Assembly: GCA_018057455.1 (NCBI GenBank)
Contig: JAGPDT010000009.1
Span: 4,586 to 68,585, forward strand
Direction of reading: 5' to 3'
DNA from: Flavobacteriales bacterium
Lineage (GTDB): Bacteria > Bacteroidota > Bacteroidia > Flavobacteriales_F > PHOS-HE28
Length of the DNA: 64,000 nucleotides
Positions 23,003 through 32,118 of the stretch are shown one piece after another. Under the pieces are notes generated by a model. It did not search any database. It was not told the DNA's origin and saw nothing but the letters and a program-made list of their open reading frames with translations. The translations under genes were made by a program, and so were the position numbers. Every line of letters starts with the position of its first letter. Position 1 is the first letter of the stretch.

Positions 23003-23505
23003 ATGTGGTTCACCGATCTTTTCGGCTTTGAAGAGGAAACGGCTGAGCAGGTGCGGCGCAACTTGGCCCACATCGCCACCGTGCTGCACGACATGAATGA
23101 TGCAGTCCGGCAACGGTTGAAAGGGAAGCTGAGGATCGGGCTGCAATGGGATACGGAAGTGACCTTGGCGGATCCAGCGCAGATCGTATCCCAAGCGTAT
23201 TGCTCGGCATTACCGCTCGCATACTCCCATGTGGATGGCGGTCTCTGGGAGCCTTTTGCACGCTTGATCCTGGAGGCGACCTAGAAGCCACGTTGTTTGC
23301 GGCGCTGATCAATCTCGAACGGCGCGGCTCGAACATCGTTTACCTCACCTTGCTCGGTGGCGGTGCCTTCGGGAATCCCCAGGTGTGGATCATGGATGCA
23401 CTGCGGCAAGCACTTCATAGGTTCAAGGATGTGCCATTGGACGTGCGGATCGTGAGCTACGGCAGCCCGGATCCCTTGGTGAAGGCAATGGCGGATGGCT
23501 GGTGA
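23003..23505 (+). pseudogene. frameshifted gene, possible macro/PARG-like fold
   Basis: ORF 22829..23284 (from MWFTDLFGFEEE) ends ...ARLILEAT-TAG. ORF 23146..23505, in another frame, continues ...DLEATLFAALINLERRG...YLTLLGGGAFGNPQVWIMDAL. The EAT codons are duplicated around the break at about 23270-23290. Confidence 0.5.
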
Positions 23506-23535
23506 GGACTAGGCCCGAGCGCGATCTGAAGCTCC

Positions 23536-23604
23536 CGCGTGGTCTCGCAAAGCGGATCCTGCGGTGGAACAGGGATTGCCCGGTCCCGAGGCGGAGATCC
23601 CATG
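23536..23604. repeat. REP-type double hairpin (H1-H2), copy c (diverged)
   Basis: CGCGTGGTCTCGCAAAGCGGATCCTGCG ... CCGGTCCCGAGGCGGAGATCCCATGG. Same H1-H2 order as copy a. Confidence 0.55.
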
Positions 23605-23636
23605 GGAATGTATGCCCGCCGCCCGGACGGGTGGAC

Positions 23637-23834
23637 TCAGTCCTTGCCGCGGGATCGCCGTTTCCTACGCTGCCACCAGGTGGCGCCCAACCATGCCCCC
23701 AACGCACCCCCAAGGGCAGGAAGGAACATTTGCTGGCCACTTGCGGCGTAATAAGCCCAGGCCAGCAACTGGAACACGGCGGTGAAAACAACCAGTTGAA
23801 CGAGCTGGGTGCGGATGGGGCTGTTGCGGAGCAT
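23637..23834 (-). CDS. small two-TM membrane protein (65 aa), hypothetical
   Basis: MLRNSPIRTQLVQLVVFTAVFQLLAWAYY...LGGALGAWLGATWWQRRKRRSRGKD. Two hydrophobic segments and a basic tail. The ORF is short, so this call is uncertain. Confidence 0.3.
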   Translation of the reverse strand: MLRNSPIRTQLVQLVVFTAVFQLLAWAYYAASGQQMFLPALGGALGAWLGATWWQRRKRRSRGKD

Positions 23835-23955
23835 GGGAAGAATGGCGTGGATCGGCACCACGGGCCGAATGTAGCAACCGGTGCATGTGGCACCGGCCGG
23901 ATGCAAGAGGGCGGCCACGCGGGCCGCCCTTATGCAATGCCGTCAGGAGGTCCGT

Positions 23956-25137
23956 TCAAACCCCCAACTTCTTCGCGATTGCGGCAGGCACCGCCTTCTT
24001 GTTCACCATGAAGGCCGTCATCTTGTAAGCGGCGTAGGGTTTGCTCATGTACAAGAAGCCCTCCTGCTGGTTGCTGGTGCCCCAGCTGTTCTTCACGATG
24101 TACCATTCGGTGCCGTTCTGGTCCTTGGCGATGCCGGTGATGTGCATGCCGTGGTCGTCGGTGGTGGCGAAGCTGTCGAAGGCCTTTTGGCGCATCTCGT
24201 TGGTGATCACCGGCTCGGGCTGCGGCCCCTTGAACAGGTTCTCCTTCTGTTCCTTGGAGAGCTCGGCCGCGGGCGTGGTGGTCACGAACGCCACGCCGTT
24301 CTTCCAACTGAAGGAAGGTTCGCTGACATCACCGCCCCAGGCCACGGAGTAGCCGTTCTTGAGGGCATTGTCAACAATGGCCGTGATGTCCTCCACGGGG
24401 ATGTTCCACGCTTGGTTGAGCGCCCAGTTGTCCGGCACCATCAACGTGGACTTCGCATAGAAGGGCACGTCCGCCACGCTTTGGAACTCCAAGTAGTCGT
24501 TGGCGTCCAGCTTCACCACGTCCTTGGCGAAGCTCTGCGGGGTGTAGCTCTTTCCCATGTACGAGAAGCTCTCCGGCGCGTGGCCCAGGTAGGCATCCAG
24601 CACACCGCTGATCGCCTGCGGCCACACCGTGGTGAGCGTGCCCTTGTTGGGTGCCTGCACGATGGCGTCCAGCATCGCCTTGATCACCGCCTGCATCTCA
24701 CCGCTCTGGTTCTTGGCATTGCCGAAGTTGAGTCCCGTGTAGGCCTCGTAGGGCACCGCGCCGTACTTGGCGTACATGTTCACCACGTCGTGGGCGATGC
24801 CGCCGTCGCCGTAGTTGAGCGAGCCATGCATGCGCACGTAGCTCTTGGCCTTCTCCTCATAGCTGCGCCGGGCGATGTAGATCTTGCTGAGGTGGATCGA
24901 CGGTCCGCCCTTCTTGATCATCTCGGATTCCAGGAACGAGCCCGTGCTGTAGCTCCAGCAGGTGCCCGATGAGCCTTGGTCCTCCACGGGCGTACCCGGG
25001 GTGGAGAGCACCTGGCTGAAGCGGAAACCGGTGGTGTCGGCACTGTTGCCACTGATCTTCTTGATGAGGTCGTCTTGGGCATGCAGGCTGCCCATGGACA
25101 GGATCGCGGCCATGCAGGCCAGATTGCGCACGTTCAT
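23956..25137 (-). CDS. pepC: C1-family cysteine peptidase, aminopeptidase C / bleomycin-hydrolase-like, with signal peptide
   Basis: The active-site context QGSSGTCWSYSTGSFLESE is typical of PepC. Start moved to MNVRNLACMAAILSMGSLHAQ. Confidence 0.8.
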   Translation of the reverse strand: MNVRNLACMAAILSMGSLHAQDDLIKKISGNSADTTGFRFSQVLSTPGTPVEDQGSSGTCWSYSTGSFLESEMIKKGGPSIHLSKIYIARRSYEEKAKSYVRMHGSLNYGDGGIAHDVVNMYAKYGAVPYEAYTGLNFGNAKNQSGEMQAVIKAMLDAIVQAPNKGTLTTVWPQAISGVLDAYLGHAPESFSYMGKSYTPQSFAKDVVKLDANDYLEFQSVADVPFYAKSTLMVPDNWALNQAWNIPVEDITAIVDNALKNGYSVAWGGDVSEPSFSWKNGVAFVTTTPAAELSKEQKENLFKGPQPEPVITNEMRQKAFDSFATTDDHGMHITGIAKDQNGTEWYIVKNSWGTSNQQEGFLYMSKPYAAYKMTAFMVNKKAVPAAIAKKLGV

Positions 25138-25287
25138 TCGTTCGGGTTGAGGGGTGTGGACCGGCTCCTTGGTTCGGGCCGCAAAGTAGCACGTGCCACG
25201 GGATCCATCCAGGGCACGGCACCGCAGCAACCCGGCCAACGGTGCCTCCCGGGCCACCGTTCACGATCCTTAACCAACGGCCCCAGT

Positions 25288-25305
25288 TAGTTTCATCTGA
25301 AACTA
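25288..25305. promoter_or_regulatory. perfect 8-2-8 palindrome, candidate MarR operator
   Basis: TAGTTTCA-TC-TGAAACTA in the divergent pepC / marR intergenic region, 10 nt upstream of a TACCTTTG -7 box. Confidence 0.4.
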
Positions 25306-25314
25306 TTTCAACCC

Positions 25315-25322
25315 TACCTTTG
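25315..25322 (+). promoter_or_regulatory. candidate -7 box (TACCTTTG)
   Basis: Fits TAnnTTTG and sits 18 nt upstream of ATG 25340. Confidence 0.35.
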
Positions 25323-25339
25323 CGCCCCCGAAAACCAGC

Positions 25340-25819
25340 ATGAAACGCTTGAACGAACCTTCCTTGGGCTACTGGTGCGCCTTGGTGGGTCAGCAGTACT
25401 TCGCCGGCATGCGCCGCTTGTTGGCCGACCTGGACATGGACCGCTGGTACTTCGCCCTGGTGCAGATCGCTGAAGCGGGTGAACCCATCACCCAACAACA
25501 ACTGGCCAACCGGCTCCACTTGGACAAGGCCACCATGGTGCGTGCCATCGACCACCTGAGCGGCTTGGGCTATGTGCGGCGCGAGGTGTGCCCCGAAGAC
25601 CGCCGGAAGCACCACTTGGTGTTGCTGCCCAAAGCGGCACCGGTGATCAGGTCCATCCGCGCGGCCTACGCCCAACTGAACGACGTGGCCATGGACGGCC
25701 TGGGAGCCGCAGCGCGGACCACGGCCATAGAGCAGCTCCGGCACATGCTGGGGCAACTGGACCGCGCCAACAAGGCCCACGCCCCTGAACCGGCCAAACG
25801 CACAACGCGAACGAAATGA
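25340..25819 (+). CDS. MarR-family transcriptional regulator
   Basis: 159 aa. wHTH ITQQQLANRLHLDKATMVRAIDHLSGLGYVRRE...DRRKHHLVL. Confidence 0.85.
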   Translation: MKRLNEPSLGYWCALVGQQYFAGMRRLLADLDMDRWYFALVQIAEAGEPITQQQLANRLHLDKATMVRAIDHLSGLGYVRREVCPEDRRKHHLVLLPKAAPVIRSIRAAYAQLNDVAMDGLGAAARTTAIEQLRHMLGQLDRANKAHAPEPAKRTTRTK

Positions 25820-26949
25820 CCAACTTGGAACAACCCTTCAGGTCCTGCTCCGCCCCTGCCCTGCGCCTGCTGCCCACCGCCCTCGCGGCACTGCCGCTGC
25901 TGGTGCTCAGCGGCTGCGGCGCCACCGGCAAGGACCCCGCCGCGGGCATGCGCACGGGTGCGCCGATGGCGGTACAAGTGCATGTGCTGGCCCCTGCTGC
26001 CTTGGCGAACACCTTGGCGAGCAGCGGCACCTTGCTGGCCAATGAATCGGTGGAGGTGCGCAGCGAAGTGAGCGGGCGCGTTTCCTCGATCAACTTCAAG
26101 GAAGGGGGCCCGGTACAGGCCGGGCAGGTCCTGGTGCGCATCAACGATGACGACCTGCGCGCGCAATTGCGCAAGGCCCAGGCCGAACTGCAACTGGCCG
26201 AGATCACCGAGCAGCGCCAGGAGCAATTGCTCGCCGTGAAGGGCCTCAGCCAGGAAGCGTTCGATGCCACCCATGCCCAACGCATCAGCAAGCAGGCCGA
26301 TGTGGACAACCTGCGGGCATTGATCGCCAAGACCGTGGTGCGCGCGCCCTTCAGCGGGCTGATCGGCCTGCGCAGCATCAGCGAAGGCGGGTACGTGGCC
26401 CCCAGCACGGCCATTGCCACCCTCACCCAAGTGCAGCCCATGAAGTTGGACTTCGATGTGCCCGAGCGGCACGGAAGGCAGATCATGCAAGGCCAAGATG
26501 TACAGTTCACCTTGGTGGGCGACACCGTGCGCTACACCGCCACCATCTACGCCGTGGAACCGGGGGTGAACCCGGACACCCGCTCGGTGCGCGTGCGGGC
26601 ACGGGCCAACAATGCCCATGCGCGGTTGGCCCCCGGGGCCTTCGCCCGCGTGTTCATGGACCTGGGCACCATCGCCGATGCGCTCACCATTCCCTCCGAA
26701 GGCGTGGTGCCCGACATCCAAGGCCAGGTGGTGATGCTGATCCGCGATGGCAAGGCCAAGACCGTGCGCGTGGAATTGGGGCTGCGAACGGAGGAAACCG
26801 TGCAGCTCATCAGCGGCGTGCAGGCCGGCGACACGGTGATCACCAGCGGGCTGCTCGCGGTGCGTGAAGGCATGCCCGTGGTAGCTGCCCGGCAGAAATC
26901 CAACGACGGAGCCGACGCCACTTCCACGGACAAACCCGGCGCCCGGTAG
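25816..26949 (+). CDS. RND efflux periplasmic adaptor (membrane fusion protein), lipoprotein
   Basis: Lipobox LLVLSGC, a coiled-coil hairpin and the beta-barrel region VRAPFSGLIGLR. Start overlaps the marR stop. Confidence 0.9.
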   Translation: MTNLEQPFRSCSAPALRLLPTALAALPLLVLSGCGATGKDPAAGMRTGAPMAVQVHVLAPAALANTLASSGTLLANESVEVRSEVSGRVSSINFKEGGPVQAGQVLVRINDDDLRAQLRKAQAELQLAEITEQRQEQLLAVKGLSQEAFDATHAQRISKQADVDNLRALIAKTVVRAPFSGLIGLRSISEGGYVAPSTAIATLTQVQPMKLDFDVPERHGRQIMQGQDVQFTLVGDTVRYTATIYAVEPGVNPDTRSVRVRARANNAHARLAPGAFARVFMDLGTIADALTIPSEGVVPDIQGQVVMLIRDGKAKTVRVELGLRTEETVQLISGVQAGDTVITSGLLAVREGMPVVAARQKSNDGADATSTDKPGAR

Positions 26950-26962
26950 GGCGGGCAGTGCG

Positions 26963-29900
26963 ATGAACATCAGCTCCATCAGCATCAACCGGCCGGTGCT
27001 GGCCACGGTGATCAGCATCCTGATCCTGCTCTTCGGCGCCATCGGCTTCACGTACCTGGGCGTGCGCGAATACCCCAGCGTGGACCCGCCCATCATCACG
27101 GTGACCACCAACTACACCGGCGCCAACGCGGACATCATCGAGAGCCAGATCACCGAGATCCTCGAGGAGAGCATCAACGGCATCGCCGGCATCCGCACCC
27201 TGAACAGCATCAGCAGCGACGGCCGCTCCACCATCACCGTGGAATTCGGGCTCGACGTGGACCTGGAGGCCGCCGCCAACGACGTGCGCGACCGGGTGAG
27301 CCGCGCCGTGCGCAACCTGCCGCCCGACGCCGACCCGCCCATCGTGGCCAAGAGCGACGCCGACAGCAGCCCCATCCTCTCCATGACCATCCAGAGCGAC
27401 CAGCGCAGCCTGCTGGAGCTGAGCGACCTGGCCACCAACGTCTTCAAGGAACGCCTGCAGACGATCCCGGGCGTGAGCGAGATCAACATCTGGGGCGAGA
27501 AGAAGTACAGCATGAAGCTGGAGCTGGACCCCGTGAAGATGGCCGCCTTGGGCGTAACCCCGGAAGATGTGCGCACCGCCCTGGAGCGCGGCAACGTGGA
27601 GCTGCCCAGCGGCCGCATCGAAGGCTACCGCACCGAACTCACCATACGCACCCTGGGCCGCCTCTCCACCGAAGCGGAATTCAACGACCTGATCCTGCGC
27701 CAGGACGGCATCACCCTGGTGCGCCTGCGCGACGTGGGCACCGCCCGCCTGGCACCGCACAACGAACGCACCCTGCTGCGCGGCAACGGCGGGATCCCCA
27801 TGGTGGCCGTGGCCGTCACCCCGCAGGCCGGCAGCAACTACGTGGCCATCGCCGACGAGTTCTACAAACGCGTGGACCAGATCAAGAAGGAAATGCCCGG
27901 CGACCTGCGCTATGACCTGGCGATGGACACCACCACCAGCATCCGCACGGCCATCCTCGAGGTGCAGGAGACCATCGTCATCGCCTTCCTCCTGGTGGTG
28001 CTGGTGATCTTCGTCTTCCTGCGCGACTGGCGCACCACGCTCATCCCCGTGCTGGCCATCCCCATCTCGCTCATCGGCTCGTTCTTCATCATGTACGTGG
28101 CCGACTTCAGCATCAACATCCTCACCCTGCTGGCCATCGTGCTGGCCACCGGCATCGTGGTGGACGACGCCATCGTGGTGCTGGAGAACATCTATGCCAA
28201 GATCGAGGGCGGCATGGACCCCATCCAGGCGGGGCACGTGGGCAGCAAGGAGATCACCATGGCCATCATCAGCACCAGCATCACGCTGATCGTGGTGTTC
28301 CTGCCGATCATCTTCCTCAGCGGCCTCACGGGCCGGCTCTTCCGCGAGTTCGGCGTGGTGGTGGCCGGCGCCGTGCTGATCAGCGCCGTGGTGAGCCTCA
28401 CCCTCACGCCCATGCTCAGTGCGCATTTCCTCAAGCGCGAGGAAAAACGAAGCCGTTTCTATGAAGCCTCCGAGCGCTGGTTCGAACGCCTGATCGGCAA
28501 CTACCAGCGCAGCCTGGAAGCGTTCATGCGCCACCGCTGGGCCGCCTTCCTGATCATGGCCGCCAGCGTGGGCCTGATCTTCCTGGCCGGTTACAACACC
28601 CCCAGCGAGCTGGCCCCGCGCGAAGACAAGAGCCGCTTCATGGTGACCAGCAGCGCCCCCGAAGGCACCAGCTTCGAGCTGATGAACGACTACATCACCT
28701 CGATCATCCGCACGGTGGACACCATCCCCGAGGTGAGCAACATGCTCTCGGTGACCTCGCCCGGCTTCGGCGCCTCCGTTTCCGTCAACTCCGGCTTCGT
28801 GCGCGCCACGCTGGTGGACCCCGCACAGCGCACCCGCACCCAGGACGAGATCGCCGCCGAAGTGGGCAAGCTGGTGCAACGGCACAACCTGGCGCGCACC
28901 TACGTGATCCAGGAACCCACCATCGGCGGTGGCCGCCGCTCGGGCCTGCCCGTGCAGTACGTCATCCAAGCACCCGACTTCGAACGCCTGCGCAACGTTC
29001 TGCCCACCTTCCTCGAGGAAGCACGCAAGGACCCCACCTTCCAGATCGTGGACGTGGACCTGAAATTCAACAAGCCCGAACTGCAGGTGGAGATCGACCG
29101 CGACCGTGCCCGCAGCCTGGGCGTGGACGTGCGCGACATCGCCCAGACCCTCCAGCTCTACTTCAGCGGCCAGCGCTACGGCTACTTCATCCTCAACGAC
29201 AAGCAGTACGAAGTGATCGGCCAGGCCACCCGGCCCAACCGCGATGCCCCGGCCGACCTGGACAAGGCCTATGTGCGCAACAACAAAGGCGAAATGATCC
29301 AGCTGGGCAACTTGGTGCGCACCAGCAACCAGAGCACGCCGCCCATGCGGTACCGCTACAACCGCTACGTAAGCGCCACCGTGAGCGCCTCCTTGGCCGA
29401 TGGCTACACCCTGGGCACCGGCATCGAGGCCATGGACCGCATCGCCGCCGCCACCTTGGACGGTTCCTTCAGCACCGCCCTCAGCGGCGAAAGCAAGGAG
29501 TTCGCCGAGAGCGGCAGCAGCCTGCTCTTCGCCATGCTCTTCGCCCTGGTGCTCATCTACCTCATCCTCGCCGCGCAGTTCGAGAGCTGGGTGGACCCCC
29601 TGGTGATGATGTTCGCCGTGCCACTCGCCCTGGCCGGTGCCCTGCTCACCCTCTGGATCGGCGGCCACACCCTCAACATCTTCAGCCAAATCGGCATCAT
29701 CGTGCTCATCGGCCTGGTCACCAAGAACGGCATCCTCATCGTGGAGTTCGCCAACCAGAAACGCGAATCGGGCATGGACAAGATGAAGGCCGTGGTAGAG
29801 GCCTCCGCCCAGCGTTTCCGCCCCATTGTAATGACCACGCTGGCCACCACGCTCGGCGCCCTGCCCATCGCCTTGGGCCTGGGCGCAGCGGCAAAAAGCC

Positions 29901-30043
29901 GCATCCCCATGGGCGTGGCCCTGATCGGCGGGCTGCTCTTCTCGCTGGTGCTCACCCTCTATGTGGTGCCGGCTCTGTACAGCTACATGGCCTCCAAGGT
30001 GCCGGTGAGGTCCGCCGCGGAAAGCAACTCGGAACCTGCATGA
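26963..30043 (+). CDS. RND efflux permease (AcrB/HAE1 family)
   Basis: 1026 aa. N-terminus MNISSISINRPVLATVISILILLFG and 12-TM architecture. Confidence 0.95.
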   Translation: MNISSISINRPVLATVISILILLFGAIGFTYLGVREYPSVDPPIITVTTNYTGANADIIESQITEILEESINGIAGIRTLNSISSDGRSTITVEFGLDVDLEAAANDVRDRVSRAVRNLPPDADPPIVAKSDADSSPILSMTIQSDQRSLLELSDLATNVFKERLQTIPGVSEINIWGEKKYSMKLELDPVKMAALGVTPEDVRTALERGNVELPSGRIEGYRTELTIRTLGRLSTEAEFNDLILRQDGITLVRLRDVGTARLAPHNERTLLRGNGGIPMVAVAVTPQAGSNYVAIADEFYKRVDQIKKEMPGDLRYDLAMDTTTSIRTAILEVQETIVIAFLLVVLVIFVFLRDWRTTLIPVLAIPISLIGSFFIMYVADFSINILTLLAIVLATGIVVDDAIVVLENIYAKIEGGMDPIQAGHVGSKEITMAIISTSITLIVVFLPIIFLSGLTGRLFREFGVVVAGAVLISAVVSLTLTPMLSAHFLKREEKRSRFYEASERWFERLIGNYQRSLEAFMRHRWAAFLIMAASVGLIFLAGYNTPSELAPREDKSRFMVTSSAPEGTSFELMNDYITSIIRTVDTIPEVSNMLSVTSPGFGASVSVNSGFVRATLVDPAQRTRTQDEIAAEVGKLVQRHNLARTYVIQEPTIGGGRRSGLPVQYVIQAPDFERLRNVLPTFLEEARKDPTFQIVDVDLKFNKPELQVEIDRDRARSLGVDVRDIAQTLQLYFSGQRYGYFILNDKQYEVIGQATRPNRDAPADLDKAYVRNNKGEMIQLGNLVRTSNQSTPPMRYRYNRYVSATVSASLADGYTLGTGIEAMDRIAAATLDGSFSTALSGESKEFAESGSSLLFAMLFALVLIYLILAAQFESWVDPLVMMFAVPLALAGALLTLWIGGHTLNIFSQIGIIVLIGLVTKNGILIVEFANQKRESGMDKMKAVVEASAQRFRPIVMTTLATTLGALPIALGLGAAAKSRIPMGVALIGGLLFSLVLTLYVVPALYSYMASKVPVRSAAESNSEPA

Positions 30044-31344
30044 GAACGCTCCTCCCCATCCTGGTGCTGCTGGCCTCCGCCGGCATGGCCCGCGCTCAGG
30101 GCACCGCCGCTCACCTCACGGCGGAACAGGCCGTGGCCCTCGCCTTGGAGAACAACCACGGCGTGCGCATGGCGCGCAACAGCGCGGAAATGGCCAAGTC
30201 GGCCAACTCCGCCGGGTCTGCTGGCATGCTCCCCACCTTGGACGCCAACGGCGGCTACAGCATGGACAACGCCGGCACCGAACAGGCGTTCTTCACCGGT
30301 GAAGTGCGTGAAACGGACAACGCCAACGCCCAGGCCCTCAACGCCCAAGTGGAACTGAACTGGACCTTGTTCGACGGCCTCTCGATGTTCGCGGCCAAGG
30401 ACCGCTTGGAGACCTTGGAGCGGATCGGCGAAGGCCAACTGCGGCAGACCATGGAAGCCACCGTTTACGGTGTACTGGCCAACTACTTCCAACTGGTGCA
30501 ACTGGAAAAAGCCGTGGCCGTGCAACGCGAAAGCCTGCAGACCTCGCGCGAACGGCTGTTGATCACCGGCACGGGCGAACGCGCAGGGACCGCCTCGGGG
30601 CTGGACCTGGTGCAAGCGCAGTTGGACCTGAGCACGGACAGCGCGCAGCTGCTGGCCCTGCTGCAACAAACCGCCACGGCGCGCGCCGCCCTGAACACCT
30701 TGCTGGCCCGCCCCCCGGCCACCCCCCTGGAAGTGGACACCCTGATCCCGGCCGGTGAACCATTGGACCTGCCCACCCTTCAGCAAGCGGCCCTCAGCGC
30801 CAACACCGCGCTGCAACTGGCACGCGAAGAGCATCTCGCGGCGGACCTTTCCGTGAAGGAACTGCGCGGCACCTTGCTGCCGAAATTGGACGGCTTTGCG
30901 AACTACGGCTGGTCGCGCACCACCTCGGACGTGGGCTTCCTGATGAGCAACCAACGGCTGGGCCCCCAGTATGGCCTCACCCTCAGCGTGCCGCTCTTCC
31001 GCGGCGGGGCCATCAAAGCGGTGAAGCAGGCACAACTGTACGGTGCACAGCTGGGCCTGGCCGAAGACCAAGCCCGGCTGGAACTGGACCGCGACCTGCT
31101 CGATGTATGGAACCAATACGGTTACGCCGCACAGCGCGTGCAACTGGAGGAGGCCAACCTCGCCGGTGCCCGCACGCAAATGCAGGTGGCCCTCGAGAGC
31201 TACCGCATCGGGGTGATCACCGCCGTGCAACTGCGCGATGTGCAGCAAGGTTTGGTAACGGCCGAAAACCGGCTGCTCACCGCCCGTTTCGAGGCCAAGG
31301 TGGCCGAATTGCAATTGCGCCTGTTGGCGGGCAAGCTGCTGTAA
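30040..31344 (+). CDS. TolC-family outer-membrane efflux protein
   Basis: 434 aa with a signal peptide and duplicated alpha-helical repeat. Start overlaps the RND stop. Confidence 0.9.
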   Translation: MRTLLPILVLLASAGMARAQGTAAHLTAEQAVALALENNHGVRMARNSAEMAKSANSAGSAGMLPTLDANGGYSMDNAGTEQAFFTGEVRETDNANAQALNAQVELNWTLFDGLSMFAAKDRLETLERIGEGQLRQTMEATVYGVLANYFQLVQLEKAVAVQRESLQTSRERLLITGTGERAGTASGLDLVQAQLDLSTDSAQLLALLQQTATARAALNTLLARPPATPLEVDTLIPAGEPLDLPTLQQAALSANTALQLAREEHLAADLSVKELRGTLLPKLDGFANYGWSRTTSDVGFLMSNQRLGPQYGLTLSVPLFRGGAIKAVKQAQLYGAQLGLAEDQARLELDRDLLDVWNQYGYAAQRVQLEEANLAGARTQMQVALESYRIGVITAVQLRDVQQGLVTAENRLLTARFEAKVAELQLRLLAGKLL

Positions 31345-31373
31345 GTACCTTGGCCCGGCCATAGCGCATACGC

Positions 31374-31958
31374 ATGCTTCACCGGACCATCCTGTACCTG
31401 GCTGCATTCACCTTGCCTGCCGTCACCGCACTGATCGGTGGCAACGGACCCAAGGCCGGGGAAGCTGGGACCGCCCAGGTGCGCACGCAACGGCAGGTGG
31501 TGAACAAGGTCCCGTTCAAGGAGCTCAGGCGCATCTCCAACCGCACCGGCGCGGAATGGAAACTGCTCGTGGGCCCCGCCCATGCTTCCGCTCCCACAGG
31601 GCAAGCCTTGTTCATAGTGCCGTCCCGTGATACCAGCCTGCTGGTGCACGGCCAGGAACCGTGGCACCTGCCCGGCCGCATGATCGACAACGGAGACAAG
31701 CAATGCTACTACGAGGCTGAAGTGTTCGCCGGCGAAGTGCTGCGCGACACCATCGGCGTGATCTGGTACGACCGCACACGGATGCCCGATGGGCATTGGA
31801 AGGAGAACACCACGCTGCTCAACCTCAGCAATTCCGTGCCGGACACCGTGGTGTTCTTCGGCCATGGCCGCCGAAGCGCCACCTTGGGCCAGGCCTTCCG
31901 CGGCAAATGCACCATGCTCGATACCGCCCGCCTGGCCTTGAAGCCGGAAAAACTCTAG
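31374..31958 (+). CDS. hypothetical secreted protein (194 aa)
   Basis: N-terminal hydrophobic signal MLHRTILYLAAFTLPAVTAL. No family recognised. Confidence 0.5.
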   Translation: MLHRTILYLAAFTLPAVTALIGGNGPKAGEAGTAQVRTQRQVVNKVPFKELRRISNRTGAEWKLLVGPAHASAPTGQALFIVPSRDTSLLVHGQEPWHLPGRMIDNGDKQCYYEAEVFAGEVLRDTIGVIWYDRTRMPDGHWKENTTLLNLSNSVPDTVVFFGHGRRSATLGQAFRGKCTMLDTARLALKPEKL

Positions 31959-31975
31959 CACCGGCGGCTCCCCAA

Positions 31976-31996
31976 GGCCCGTTCCGGCAACGGGCC
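31976..31996 (+). terminator. GC-rich hairpin downstream of 31374..31958
   Basis: GGCCCGTT-CCGG-AACGGGCC, a perfect 8-bp stem 18 nt after the stop. There is no U-tract, so its function as a terminator is uncertain. Confidence 0.3.
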
Positions 31997-32118
31997 CGAT
32001 CGCCGGACCACCACCCTGATCGCGGCTTGGGCGGGCCTGTCGCCGCCCATCCATGCCCACCCGCAAATTGCTTTCTTCGCATCCGCCCGGCCACCATCGC
32101 CAGGGCACCCGCCGCCCC

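Noticed and set aside
12737-23636. Island interpreted as a prophage, ICE or transposon.
   Set aside because: No integrase, transposase, relaxase, or capsid, tail or terminase genes are present, there is no flanking tRNA, and there are no long terminal inverted repeats. Only REP-type elements mark the borders.
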